Shown here piece by piece: positions 39,213 to 53,049 of a stretch of 64,000 nt of DNA; position 1 is the first letter of the stretch; each line of letters begins with the position of its first letter. The notes under the pieces were generated by a model. That model was not told the origin of the DNA, did not search any database, and saw only the letters and a list, made by a program, of their open reading frames with translations. The stretch covers positions 19,282,001 through 19,346,000 of the forward strand of contig CM060732.1 of NCBI GenBank assembly GCA_030704615.1. The letters are read 5' to 3'. The stretch is from Takakia lepidozioides (Eukaryota > Plantae > Bryophyta). The position numbers were made by a program, and so were the translations under genes.

Positions 39213-39309
39213 ACTGTGAAAGAGGTTATTTTCTCCTCTCACTATTAAAGGGCCTGATTTGTGAGCTGTCGCTCCCAGGTGTTTCCCTTTAAATAAAATT
39301 AAAAAAAAA
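39213..39309 (+). mobile_element. 3' fragment of SINE family B with A tail
   Basis: GAAAGAGGTTATTTTCTCCTCTCACTAT...TTTCCCTT-A-rich, shared with 46740-46813. Confidence 0.65.
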
Positions 39310-40722
39310 CCCAACTGTCCGACGACCACACTGTTGGTTGCTCTTTATTCCTCACATTTTCTACATTTTAAAGTGGTCCCTTTCAAAGAAGTGGTACACT
39401 TGTTACTCGTGCTTGGTAGCCTGGCCAGCCCACTTTCTTTTCCTTTTTCTCTGCCTCAGTACTTACATGCCTAATGCATGCAGTTACAAGAGAACCTCAC
39501 CTTGCCACCTCAAGCCCTAGGGCAGCTGATGAGGCCCTGCCCATTTTCACGCATTTGAAAATGGCGGAAGGGTCGAATCAGCAGCCCTTCACCGGCATAA
39601 AATACCAACTTGCCCCCTTCATCGGCCCCTCAAAATTTCGAATTTTGTAAGGCTGGTGTCTTAAGTATTAGATAATGTCAATGTGGAGGAGCATTATCGA
39701 GAATAATCCGAGCTGCGGGAGCAGCGAGTCTGTTGCGAGGATTATTTGAGATTGCTTCAATGGATGGACATTATCTTACTTAATATGTCGATATGACTAT
39801 TTGTCATCCAATGTTTCATCCAAAATGGGTTTTCATCCGACGTATATGGAAACACTTGCATATGGAGACAATTATCGCTAATAATATCATACCTGATTCA
39901 GGGAAAAAAACAGCCATAGGACTATTAAGCGGGAGGTAAGGTGTAAGGTCGTCCTCATGTCAGAAAGAAAACTCCTGTGAAGGTTACGATTTTAACAAAG
40001 GAAATTTCTAGGCAACTTTAGAGGAGCAGTGTAGTACAAATTTGTGTAGCATTATAATTTTTTTATAATGTTTTATATTTTTTTAATATTTTTATTTAAT
40101 TATATCTTATTAAAAAAGTGCATCTATAAATAGTTATTAAAATTGCCCCCTTAGTAGCAAGGCCTTGGGGCTGGTGTAAGCAAACAAGTATTATTATTGC
40201 ATTGGCAGCCCCATTGGGAGAGCAGAGCGCGAGCGAGGATTATGGGGTGACACGCCACCTTGTGAGGATGCCTGGTGTGGAAAAACATGCTCTAGCGAGC
40301 GCTATGAGCTTTCACCGCTGCATTGGAGGAGTGCAGCCTAAAAATGAGCTGCAGCGACCGCGTTCTTAGGGTTCTAGTTCGGTGGGAGAGAGCAGTTGAA
40401 GCAAATCAAGTGCACACTTCTTGCGTGCTGATATTCGACGGAAATCCAATTGAATCGCTCAGGATGCAATTGAGCGACGGAGTCTGGTTTGATCCAGTCA
40501 TTCCACAGATGCAGCTTATTTCAAAAGGGGAATGCGAGTCTCCTTTTTAGATGAACGATATCAAGTCTTGGGATTCAGAGCGGTTACTTAATAGAGATCT
40601 TTTCTCATGTTGAGGTGATCTTGTAGCTACATTTCGGTTGTCGTCTGAATTCAAAGAGCACGTAGTAGCTTATTTATCTGCAACGAAAGAGAACAATTCT
40701 GTTGGTCGAAGGATTTTTCACG

Positions 40723-43087
40723 ATGGAGTTCTGGCCTGAGTTTCTTGCTGGCACTTCGGGAAGGGAGTTTGTGGCCGGGGGATTGGGAGGTATGGCTGGA
40801 GTCATTGCGGGCCATCCCCTGGACACAGTCAGAATACGGTTGCAACAGCCTCGGCCTTCCTCTTCTGGTGTCCCTTCTTCTGCAACTGCGATGTTACGAC
40901 ACATCGTTGCCACCGAGGGTCCTATGGCTTTATTCAAGGGGATGTCCTCGCCCCTTGCGACTGTTGCCTTTCAGGTGCATTCTGTCTTTCTGCATGCGAA
41001 GATTTCAATTTTTATGCAGGCTTGTCGAAATGATGAATGTCAAATAACTAAATTAGCTGGCATTCTTCCTCTTTTTTCCTGCCTCCTTACTCAACACCAG
41101 TACGACCAACCTTTGCAAAAGCTAGTAAATGTAAGCACGAAATTGTTACAAAATGCTTCTGTTCTTTTCGAGTGGATCATATATATTCGAAGTGGCATCC
41201 ATGTAGTTTATGTTGTAGGTTCCATACATGACAAATTGTTGATTTGTAAGATCATCATTGACCGGTTGGACTCTTTTTTAATCACAACCCAATTCATTGC
41301 TCTTGTGTGGCATTTTGGCAGTGGACATCTTGAGGGATTTTAAGATTCAGAAGGGATTGTGGGGAAAGTCTTGTTTGCACTAAGCCTTAATGCACAATCA
41401 GATTGCCAGTGCCCTGAGAGTGATGATGTAGCTCATGCTTGTATTTAACTGGTCTGAAATTACTGCAATAGGCTAAAGGTTTCCTGGTACATGGCTTGCT
41501 TTTAGAAGAATATAAGACGAGGTCTGTAATAGAACAACTTGGATGTCGCATTTCCTACTAATGACACACATAAAATCGCATTCACATAGTAAGTGTCTGG
41601 CAGACATGATCTTGCTGAATTTTGAATTCACCATCGACCAGCTTTCTAGAGAGTTTAAACACATAGTTCATCTGTTATTGAGCCTCTCCTTTCAGCTGGT
41701 TGGTTACTATTTTAGATGAAACAGTGTGCCGGAACTAGAAGGAAGTTTTCTGCAGACGTTTGTACCATGACCATTCTTGTCTTGTAGTGTGCCTCTTGAG
41801 TTTGAATAGGCCTATGGTATTGATTGGCAATGTCTCTTTGAGAACTTCTTATGAAGTAGGTGTTTTTGGTAGCATAACTTCAAGTTCGAACTGCATCTCG
41901 GACTATGAATGTTTTGACTGTTCAGGGGTGTCTTCTTGTATGGCTGGTAGCTAAGGCGCTCCTAAGCAGATGGTTTTAAGGCCTCTCCTAGACATTGCAG
42001 GAAGATCAAACATTTTTGACTGAGAAATGTCTGCGTCAGTTACCTGTGGTTCAGTCAAGACAGTTTCCAATTTCCAACCTAATCTTGTGCTATGAACAGT
42101 AAGAATTCGATGCAAATGATTGGTTTCTGAAGTGGTGGTCTTTTCTTCCATTGGCAGAATGCTGTAACTTTCCAAGCCTACGCCCTATTTTCACGAGCAT
42201 TGTCAGATGGCAACAAACAGGAGCCACTACCATATGAAAAGGTGGCGCTTGCAGGGTTTGGAGCAGGCATGCTACAAACAATTATTTTGACACCAGTGGA
42301 TTTGATTAAGATTGGCTTGCAGCTGCAGACAGCTCGACACACTCCAAGGCGACCATCCCTGGCAGTTCCTTCGCAACCAGGGCATATGGGGCCCCTGGCT
42401 CTAGCTCAAGATGTTGTACGCAGAGAGGGTATCAGAGGGCTTTATCGTGGCTGGACCATCACGGTGATTCGAGACGCACCGAGCCATGCAGGTCTTTGAC
42501 GATTAACCACAAATGATCATGGGCTAGGGTTAATTGTCTGCTTTTGCAAGAGTGTCGTTCTTGTTCAAACTAACCACAGCCTGTGTGCAACTGCTTTCCC
42601 TTGATGATAGCATCTAGAATCCAGACTAGTTGTGAGCATGCCAACCTGCTGTGTAGTTGCGAGGAGCTTGTGCAGTCAAATTTAACCTCCTGTTGCCATT
42701 GTTGCAGTCTACTTTGGGACCTATGAATATGTCCGTGAATGGTTGCATCCAGGCTGCAGAAAAAGTGGCCAAGAGTCCTTACTCACAATGCTTACAGCAG
42801 GAGGTCTAGCAGGATCACTTAGCTGGCTGTGTTGTTATCCACTGGATGTGGTGAAAACACGGCTACAGGCCTCTGGAGTGGCAGAAGGCCCTCGGTATAC
42901 AGGCATTGTGGATTGCTTTAGGAAAAGCGTGCGAGAGGAAGGTTGGCAGGTTCTTTGGCGTGGGTTAGGGACTGCGCTTGCCCGAGCATATCTCGTAAAT
43001 GGGGCTATATTTTCAGCTTACGAACTGACACTCCGATTCCTGGCCCCTCGACAACCTCCACAAGATCTTGAACTCAACCCAATCTAA
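40723..43087 (+). CDS. BAC2: Mitochondrial basic amino acid (arginine) carrier; exons 40723-40974, 42158-42491, 42708-43087
   Basis: MEFWPEFLA..GREFVAGG N-terminus; three Px[DE]xx[KR] carrier signatures; in-phase GT-AG introns. Confidence 0.92.
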
Positions 43088-43748
43088 TTCCGTGTAAAGT
43101 TTTCCTATTGTATATTGTGGACTATTTTCTGGTTTTGATTTTCTTGTGCTGACTTCATTGTTGTGGCATTCTCTCTCAATGCCCTAGTTTGTGTTGAAAG
43201 CTGTGGTGTGAAGAACCTGCTATCCGGAACGATATACAGTGTCTGGTATGGTGTAATTTGGAAACGGTCTTGAAATTTTGTGTTTGTGGGTTTCAATATG
43301 GATAGGCTGTGTCTTCAGACATAAAACAGTGGTGGCCGATGAGTCTTCAGGAAAGTAAGCCCTGAAGACCACTGCAAATTAGACGCGCTGGAGCCGCAAC
43401 TTGAAACCATTTTGCATGTTTACGACACAGATATACAAGAAAATTGCAAACAACACTGGTGAGCCATTGCTCTAACTCTGGCGGCTGACATGTGAGACTC
43501 CAACTCTATGAATCAGAAGACCGACCATGTTCTCTTGCTACAGATTTGGATAGGTAGAGACTTTCCAATCCTCTAATGCACAGCTAAAGTAGAGGCTTCG
43601 TTTCACGAGGAAGACTCGCATCTGTCTATGATGAACTTCCACTTCATCGTAAAAATAAATGACCTGGGTTTTGCTTCTTTGTGATAATTTCCTTAATCCC
43701 CACATGGAATCGTCCCAAAGCCAGGTGCGCATCTCTTCAATCAAGATA

Positions 43749-43818
43749 GGTGTCCACCTTCCAAATGGAAGGCAATAGCCCTTTGGGGTGAAGTGACACT
43801 ACTTGCCTCGGCAAGAGT
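43749..43818 (+). mobile_element. SINE family A 3' fragment
   Basis: GGTGTC-CA-CCTTCC-AAAT-GGAAGG-CAATA-GCCC-TTTG-GGGT-GAAGT-GACAC. Confidence 0.8.
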
Positions 43819-44599
43819 TTTCCTTCCTTGTTGTTCAAGCAAATACTTCATCACAAATGATTGTTGGACGTTTGGTAGCTGCCTTGTGTGTGTGATGGTT
43901 GCAGTTTGAGGAAGTACTGGGAACTGGTGAGGGTGGGGAGGTTTGCCTGATTGTACACTACCAAGTCACCTTACCAACTTGTGCTACATACTATGCACTT
44001 ACACGACCTACTGCCCTATCCAGTACTATATCTCATGAGTGAAAGCCTACTCATTTTTTTCTTCTCTCAGAATCCAATTCTCATCACATGAAATGAAGAC
44101 ACTCCTTCCCTTTCTACATGTGTCTGCTTGTTTTTGCATGTGCAGATGTAATATTTATACTTTACTCACAGAGCCTTGCCTGTTGTAGGTCTGTCTGTGT
44201 ACGAGTGAGAGAGGGATGTAGAGGGGTAGAGACACACTCTCAAAATAATGTGACATCTGCTTGAGCAGAAAGCGGGCAGAGGAAGGATAAGAAAAGGGTA
44301 TGAAGGAGGTCCTAGTGGTCGGCTGCTCTGCAGCCAAGCTTCACACAGACGCAGTGTGGGTTGATTTCCTTTGGGGCAGCACCAGGCAGTGGTATGCATC
44401 TGAAGAATATAATTGGAAGGCAAAGGGCATCTCTCCATGAGAAGGTAAATTCTCGACGCAGGTCTAAGGTGGGTGAGTAGGGTGGGTTGACATCGACAAC
44501 AGACTACATAACCGAGGGCATAGAAAAACAGACTACAGAACTGAGGGCATCGAAAAGCGCACAGAACTTGGAAGGTATCCTCATCTGACTTGATGTGCC

Positions 44600-44960
44600 A
44601 CCTGTAGATTTACAAAAGACCTAGTTTGTAAATGGTCTGAGACCTGAGTTACAAAGAAAGGTGGATATGTTACCACATTATTCGGTAGAAGAGGCATTTG
44701 AAACAGCCAACAGAGTTGAGCAAGGAAAAATGCTAAGGAAGGTTGAGAAAAAGGATGATGATGACTCTGAAGATGAGTCAGTGAAGAGGAGCAAGAGGAC
44801 AAGAAAAAGTACAAGAAAAAGGAGAAGACAAAGAGAGATAACTATGAGAAAAGATTGGAAGAGATATTGAAGAAATATGCTACAGAAGCTGCAACACACT
44901 GGAGGAAGGGTGCTTGGTGTTCAAAATGCCAAAATGAAGGCCATACTGCCCTTGACCAGC
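44600..44960 (+). mobile_element. Gypsy-like gag relic
   Basis: FVNGLRPELQRKV....SVEEAFETANRVE and knuckle-like WCSKCQNEGH. Confidence 0.6.
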
Positions 44961-46591
44961 TCCCACTCGTCACTTGAATCTTTAGGTAGCTCCTTCAGTC
45001 TTGAGGGGGTGCTTGGAGGTGTCCATTGGCCTGCTGGGTCCGTGTCTACGCAAGTCTGTGGACTGTGTTCGTGATTTCCAATCGGGCCAGATCAGTTACC
45101 ACTATACTTGATGGCGTCGCATCTCTGTACAGACGCAGGTAGGTTGTTGTTGGTAACTTTCACCTACTTGGCATACTCATACGACATTCTCACAAGTTCA
45201 TTTATTGCGTGTCTGTGTGACAGATGCTTGTTCTCAGCTTTGCATGTCGGAACGAGCTCAAATGGCATTCTTTCGTGGCAAACCCTCTATGATCACAACT
45301 TACTAGCGACTGTAGAAGAGAATGTCCCGCCAACATCTGCCTGCGATGATGAGATCTACGTAATAGTGTCAAAAAGGAGATTGGGGTCTCGGTCCCACTT
45401 TTGGGCATGCTGGCATGGGAATGGTTTCCAACTTCCATCAAGAGCATAAAAGTGGGTTTCTCTTGGTTGAAGCCTCCAAGGTCGGTGACTGCGCATCACT
45501 GCCAAAACCAGCTTGATCCTGTTGTACCTTCTCCAAGTGGCACCTATACTCTCGGATAAACAGTGAAGAATCTATGAGTTTTCAAATGAGGCGGGATAGA
45601 TCATCTCATTTACAACGGACTCGGAGCTCGCCATTATGCAACTAGCCGTTTGTTTTCTTGGGGATGACGAGAAAAGAGGCCTGCCACAAAGTGCTCATTT
45701 CCCGTGGAACGAACATAGCCTACATCATCATGGTCATATCATTCACTACTTTTCCTTACCGGATGATTCCCAACCTTTCGTTAGGCTACAATACCATAAG
45801 TGGTTGATTATTGTACACCCCCACCACAACATGGTGGATGCAATAATTATTGAACATTGTCAGTTTACCTCGGAATTCATATACTAAAGGCATTTCAATC
45901 ACTTGTTGGTATACTTATCCTTTTCTGTTCGTGGCACCAGCATGCTCACACGCTACCCAACCTCCAACCCATGATTGATTTAAGGTCTAATAAGGACTCC
46001 AACTATGGACTTAGGTAGCATTCGAGAGGAGCCCCTGCTACCGGATATAGCAGGGAGCCAGGACCTACATACATAGTCCCGCCTTTATGAAAAGCCCGCG
46101 CCAATAAGAAGCGCCTACTTGCGGAATAGCTCCTCATATAGAGATCTGCTTTCATCCATAATTAATTGAAACACTCACAAAACTATGGCGCTTATGCCGC
46201 CCTACAGAATTTCACGGTCTTCCTTGGTCCCTTTTGCATCCATTGTTTTTCATCACTCATGGTACAACCAAAGAGGTGCTACTTGGGATAGAACAGGATC
46301 AAACTGGTTTTGGCACTGATGCGTAGTAGATTTCTCTTCAAAACTGACCATCAATACAGACGGTTTGTTGAATTGGTTCTCATACCTAGTAGATATTAAC
46401 ATATACATATGCATAGTGTTTGTCATTGTTTCGAGTCCACCGCTTGACTCTCTTTCTGGAAGGACGTGTATGCCTCTCTTCTGCTGCCCATGGTAAAAAT
46501 TCAGTGCATGATTGGGCACATCCTTGTTTTCCTTAAGAATAAAAGCATAAAAAGATCCCTTATCTTTGCCAAAGAGACCAGCATGGTACCA

Positions 46592-46815
46592 CCAGTCGGT
46601 AAGTAGCTCAGTTGGATAGAGCACTGAGTGCCACCCAGGTGATTCTCCTGCTACTTACCTTGTCGGGTGTGGTATAGGTAATCTTCTCCACCTTCCCTTG
46701 GGCGGTGTCCCTTGAGCCTTGTGCTGGGGAGGTTACTATGAAGAGGTTATTTTCTCCTCTCACTATATAATTAAGCTCCCGGGTATTTCCCTTAATAAAA
46801 AATAAAAATAAAAGT
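46592..46815 (+). mobile_element. tRNA-derived SINE family B with A-rich tail
   Basis: Head GGTAAGTAGCTCAGTTGGATAGAGCA...GCTACTTACC; 10-bp TSD CATGGTACCA (46582-46591 and 46816-46825). Confidence 0.8.
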
Positions 46816-49055
46816 CATGGTACCAATAGGTACATATGTGGGTGAAATGCAATAACTTATTCAACCAGAGTTGCAATCAAGCCTAAAACACACAAGCCCT
46901 CCCAGCAGTAATGATAAGAGCAGCATTAGAGTCAATTCATAAGTGCAGAAACAGGAGCCCACTTCAAATTGCAGGCCTTCCCTTCCCTGTATGAACTTGG
47001 CTGCAACCCAGCTGACAAGAATTGCAGAAGCATGGAGTTTGATCCGGGGTCCAGAACACAAGGATTTTGTGGGCACCCACTTTCACATTCCTAAGTAATC
47101 TGCAGGACCCAAATTTCCCTGCACTGCTAAACCTCCATCGACACTTTAGCCTACGCAGGGATCCCGTCCTTTGTACCCAGCACTCTCACACACTCTTGTA
47201 GAGTACTAGGCCACTGTGTGGAAGCACAAAAACCACACAATCCCTTACCTTCCTCCCACCTCTTCAAAAACGTAATTCTACGTTCATGCAAGTGCATGTT
47301 CCCTCTTGGCCTTCTGCAAAGGACAGCCATGGAAGTCTCTCGAGTGTTAACATGAGTTGACATGAGTGCTCACCACCTGCCAGGGGTTTGCAGAGGTGGG
47401 GTGAATACCTACACACACATTGAATCATTCCAAGGGGCAGGAAGGTGAACAGTTAAGCAGCTTTACAGAGATTCTTTAGATGTGAGATTAGAGCAGACCC
47501 TCCAATTTGCTCTTCTCAAATCGCCCACATTCATCCCTCTCTGTCAGTGCTCCCTGTCCGAAGTGTGTGGGCTCCTCAGACAAGAATCTCTACCTGGATG
47601 TCTTCTGTATGAAACTCCGTCCCTTGTCCTAATTGACAGCTCCTTTGGGCCCGATTCCTTATGATCAAGAGTCAACAGAAAGACATCAAATTCAAATAAT
47701 AGCTTTCCACAGGGTAAGTCTGTGAAACGTGGCACGGGAACAAGGGATGGACCTGTGCCCATAACTGCACACCCGTTACAGGTAATGGAGGGTGATATAG
47801 TAATAAGTTGGTAACTGGTGTGCCAGGATTTCTGGGACTTGCAAGGGCTACCTGCCAGGCTCGACCTCGACAGGCATCATGCAGTGAGGGGAGGCCTCCC
47901 CTCCATGACTGGATCTTGTTAGTTTGATCGGTCCATGGTCGGTGTTAATGTGCGGAAGAGTGTGGGCACCGAGTTTTCCAGGAAAGGAGGCCAGTGCTTG
48001 GGAAAAGCTGGCTACAAGTTTTGGAGCAGGTGACGGCCAGGCCTGCGGTACTTTGAAGACGATGATGTAGAGCTTGAAGAGGGTCTGGTTTCGTTGCTGG
48101 GGAAGTAGGTGGTACGGGCATGGAATCTGGAGGACCCCGGCTTGTACGTGGAGAGTTTCGATGTGCTCTTCCCGATCTTGCTTTCAGATGCCTTAGTTGG
48201 GTTGTGCGTTTGTTGAAAGGCCAGCTTCCGGTATAAAGATGCGGGTGCGGACTCTTCAAAGTAGTGGAGAGAAATGCGGGGAGCAGAGGTGCAAAGGGTG
48301 ATCAAACTGAATGGACGGAGGGGCAACATTCTTGAGCATAGGTGAGTGCCTGTCTTGGATCTGGGCTGCTTATCTCTTATGGGCATTGGCGGGGGAGAGG
48401 AGATTTTGGAGGATTGTAAGTGGGATCATGAAGAATCGGTGAATGAGAGGTTCAGATAGTTACCAAAGGGTGTCGTTGGATCTCAATGTATTCGGTAGTC
48501 ATGAGATAGTTGGGCAGAGATTAGATCCAATCAAATTGAGCGTTTGTCGTTTGGCCAGGTCATTGTCCCACAAGCTAAAATTTGAATGCTTGTTTTTGGT
48601 TTGTTCTCTTTGGTGATGGCTCATGAAGCTCTGTTCTTTCAATGTTTGTTCTGATATTTTAGGATTTGAAGAAATGCTGTGTGATCGATGTGGAGGGAGA
48701 ACACGTAAGCTGACACTGGAGCTGTGTACTTTATTCAAACTTTCACGAGGCCCCGTAGTAGAAGTTAGCTCAACAGCGTGGTGATGAAGGTTTTGGTGGG
48801 CACTTCGGTGTTTGTAACAAGAGAGACGGACAGGTACCTCGCGATATGATATCCATTGTCAACCTGAACTAGATTTGAAAGTGGATGGTTCAGATTAGAG
48901 TTAAGGATAACTTCAGAGCAGAAGAGCATGGAAGAGCCAAGAACGGTTTCAGTTGCAGAATGGAGAGGAGGTGTTAGTTCTGGCCATGGTGCACTAGCTT
49001 AGTACATTGAAAGGACGCCGGAGTGAGGAGGGAAGGGGGAGGAAAAGGCAGGAAA

Positions 49056-51523
49056 ATGTCCTCACCAGGTTGTTCGTCATTGACTTGCACGCCACCTCCC
49101 CAGCTAAAGCTTTATCAGGCGTTCATCTTTGCGACTCCTATCCTCTTTACTCTCGTGCTTCTGCTGCTCTTCTGTGTGCTGTACATGCGGAGGCGCCGCC
49201 GCATGAGAGCGACATCCCAGATTCGAGCCCAGTTATTCACACGCGGCTTGTTTTCTGCTGTAAGATGTTCTTACCTGTTTCTCCTATACCTTATGCTGAC
49301 TGGTTTTGTCGCTCCATCATGCCCTGGAAGAAGTATTGGCACTGCCTGCAGCTGTCTGCACCTTTAGTCATACCTTAAGCAAAGTATGTTGTCAGGGAAT
49401 GCCAAGCTTTTGGGGCTGGTATGTGGCGACCTGTTCTCTCGTAGGTCATCAGATGTTCTAAAGCGGCATTCATGTGTCATAACTCCTTATGAATCCACAC
49501 CATGGATCCTAACATGGCACCAAATACCTGACAACCATTTAATATTCAGGAGTGGGGCACACGTAAGCTCGTGAAGAATCATGGAACACTTGTTGAAGGG
49601 GTGTAGGCTGCAGCAAAGTGATTACCTATAAGCAGGGTGTATGTTCTTTGTTTAAATTACCCTCTGGAAAAAGTTCCATGCATTGCTACTCTTGGAACAC
49701 TGTAGTTGTGTAAAGGACAAAGAGTGGGTTATGACAATTGCAAAGAAGGTCTCCTAGTGGACCCAGAATGAAAACCATCACTCCTCCTCCGAGTGGCAGT
49801 CTTATGGTGTCAGGGGGTGTAGTTCTCCTGATTGCATTCAATAATCCACCTTCTCTTGTTCATCTGTGCAAAAACTGCAACAAGAGCCTCTTACAACTAC
49901 TTTCAAATGAGTTTGGCTACCTGGTGTACAAACATATGTCTCTGCCCGAATCCAGCATGCCCAAGCAAACTTCTGTCAGTTTTAGGGTTGTTTTGTACCA
50001 TAGCCTTCTGTTCACAATCTTTCATTTAGTGTCTGCAAGTTTCTGTAGCAAGTGGCAAAGTTTGGTAATTAGGATAATTGGCTGTTCTTCTTTATGGTAT
50101 GTTTTTCTTTTATTGTTCGATAAACCGCTAGATGTCACTAGTGCTTTACTGCATATCGTCCAGTACTAATGTGTAATTGTGGCCAATCTTTCTGACTGGT
50201 CTACCCACATACACCTGTTGTTAGGAGATGCCTGTGAAGTCCCTGAGCATGTTGAAAGTAAAGGGTATGGGTCGATTTGCTGGATATTTACTCCCTATTC
50301 CTTTGGCATGAAGGCAACTTGACTAAGGGGGCCACTGTGGTACTGTGTTGGGGTGGATAGCAGCCATTGGAACGAGGCCTCAACAAATCATTTAGGGATG
50401 GTCTTCCAGTTCTCATCTATAATGAGGCATTTGCTGCCTCAAGAGACGACACACAGTGAGTCCCTTACTGTCTCACAGCAGCAATTTGCTATTTAAGATG
50501 TTGTGACTACAAATATCTCGAGCATAAAAAAGGTTTGCAGCACAGGAGGTAGCAGTAATTTGGTTTTGCCTTTGTCAAAGGAAAGTGTGACGTTTCCTCT
50601 GGATCCGCATTTTATTCTCATGTTAAATGGTTTTGAATGTCACCAAGAGGCTTGCATTGTAGTTTGTAGCTTTGGCAGGAAGCATTGGCCTGAAAGCAAA
50701 GGAAAACACATGGTTGAAGGACATTGGAGGTCAATCAAAGGAATTGACTCTGTTCATTTTGAAAATTGAGTAGAAAGACAAGTAGGACCGTCATGGTCCT
50801 TGACTACTCCCTGCAAACCTGGCTAATAACTCGTGCATGAGTGTACACATGTATGTGGGATCTAATGTCCTGGAGTCAGCTTGGGAAATCTCACCAACCA
50901 GGGTATAGAACTGTGACCAAAATTATACAAACTTGTGTGTCCTGCTGACAATGGTGTGGCCAGAGAGGGTTGGTAGTTCATGCAAGGGCAGGTGTGCCAT
51001 TTGATTATTGAGCATTGTTATTGGTCGTTAACGTTACTCAGATGCGACTACCTTTAAATTTGTGTTTTAATTTGATGGATTGTGTAGGTGTGCAGTGTGT
51101 CTGGGAGACTACCAAAAGAATGAAAGGTTGCAACAACTGCCCATATGTGGTCACGCCTTCCACAAAGATTGTATTGATAAATGGTTGATCAATAACTCAA
51201 CTTGCCCAATATGTCGTACCTCACTTCTTCAGTCTGGCAAAGTGGTCCCTATGAACTCTCCAGCGCAGATGGCGACACAGATATGCAGCCGGCTGCTACC
51301 CATGTCACAAGCTTCCAGGAGCGGTAGTGCTCCTGAACTGCCCCAAGGAGAAAATAGTAGTGGTCAGGTTGAACTTTCAGTAACTGGGGGGGATAGAGAA
51401 AGTGGCAGCAACAATGTCAAGGCTATTTCGAAAGGAGAGACCAGTCACCGACCACACTCATCCATGGAAGAGGTTGTCAAAGAGAGTTTTGATGGGGAGC
51501 ATGCGATTCAAATTGAGCGCTGA
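49056..51523 (+). CDS. ATL-family transmembrane RING-H2 E3 ligase (ATL7/58/59-like); exons 49056-49259, 50361/50364-50455, 51088-51523
   Basis: LKLYQAFIF TM helix plus basic run; GLD-like GLNKSFRDGLP; CAVC...CGHAFHKDC..W...CPIC; phases match; TAGCAG tandem acceptor at exon 2. Confidence 0.92.
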
Positions 51524-52555
51524 GCCCAGCAGACTGTAGCAGCACCAACCATAAGATTTCTTACTGCTCTTGATGGGCGAGATGTCTTGCTGCCGTGGCT
51601 CGGGTGTGGCCAGCCTAGTCATGGAGAACTGCCCATAGCTCACAGGAGAAGAACCAGTGCTTGAGCTGCTCAGGGATTGCCTGGAACATTCGTCACTGCT
51701 GCAGTCAGACCAGGTGTGTCCTTCCTCCCATATGGGCTGGAGGCAATTACTAACTTCCTTATACTGGCCTGCTGCTGGAGGTTCTCCCTCAATATTTCCA
51801 ATTGGAACTCTCCGGATCTTATGATTGACCAGGAACATTCAGGCTTTTGGCTACATTGCGTTTTTGCCTCCAGTGTGTTGGAGGATCAGATCGACAGGTT
51901 GACGACATACCCAAGTTCACTATGCCGACACTTACGCCCTCTCAATGGACAGAAATGTTACCACCCTTGTAGCAATGTCGGCCACCAAAGTTTTGGTGGG
52001 TAGTTTTTTGACCAAGTTAGGTCCATGATCTTTGCCAATGCAGGGCGTACTTACACATGGGTACACGGGGTGGTCTGTCAACCAGCATGTATTACCAATC
52101 TACCAACTAGATCATGGGGGAGTGCTGACTTGGGCATCTGTCCAGACTGAATTTCATTGACCAGTGTTGTTCAGGCCGAATGACACACATATAATTTATA
52201 CTGAAATTTTTTACTTAAATGAAGTTTCTGTTGAATACACTGCCCTAGCCTCCGTTGAACTTGGTCAATGTCCTGGACTTCTGCAGCCAAACATGCACTA
52301 CCACACCTGGCATGATTGTTTTCACATGAGGAATCTGACATCTTGTTATATATCAAAGCATCTAACCATGGACATGAGAACCATTCAGATTACAATGTGC
52401 AATGGAGGCTGCTGGTTTCGTTGCCAAGTGATTCAACAGGTGGATTCTTGTGAAGTGCCTCATACTATTATGAACACTTACGAAAAAGCGTGCCAAAAAG
52501 TCCATCTCCCCAACTGTAATGCAAATAATCTGGAGGAAACTCAAGACATCAAGTA

Positions 52556-52608
52556 CTAGATAATGGCCACCGGCGGGGCCGCGAGCAGGGTCAACTGGTG
52601 GCCATTAT
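52556..52608 (-). mobile_element. Possible Helitron 3' terminus
   Basis: Minus strand hairpin TAATGGCCACC...GGTGGCCATTA followed by TCTAG|T; spacing is shorter than usual. Confidence 0.4.
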
Positions 52609-53049
52609 CGGGATGGGGGAGTATTACTGGGCTACAAACCCCAGACGTCGCTATCAGAGCTACGATAGCCAAAACAATCTTGCCACGTGGTGCAATGTGG
52701 CAACCTCCCTTGGCAAGTGAAGGGCCAAGACCTGCGAAACGTTGGGTGGAAGCTGTAATACGACCCCATGTCATTACGTTTGCGTTGATGCTCCTCATTT
52801 CTTCCCCCCTTTGAAGTCGATGCTGAGCAATCGCTTGGGACATGCAGATTATGTGTCGGCACACAAAATGGCGCCTGGTCTTTGGGAAACCAGCTATAGG
52901 TATACTCTCTGGGGGGCCAATTCTAAAAAATGGAATGGATGCTTCAAACCTGGAAAATGTTAATTTCTAATAATGTGAACCAGGCATCGTCTGTCTGTCT
53001 GTGTCCCCCAGCGGTGCTATGATTCCCTTGTTTTTCTGTGCCGCTCTCT

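Noticed and set aside
39519-39588. CTGATGAG followed by a stem, resembling a hammerhead core
   Set aside because: GAAA is GAAT and there is no stem III or cleavage triplet; the segment is one imperfect palindrome
47470-49000. Minus-strand ORF fragments upstream of the RING gene
   Set aside because: No motif I can support; may be old TE sequence or 5' UTR/intron
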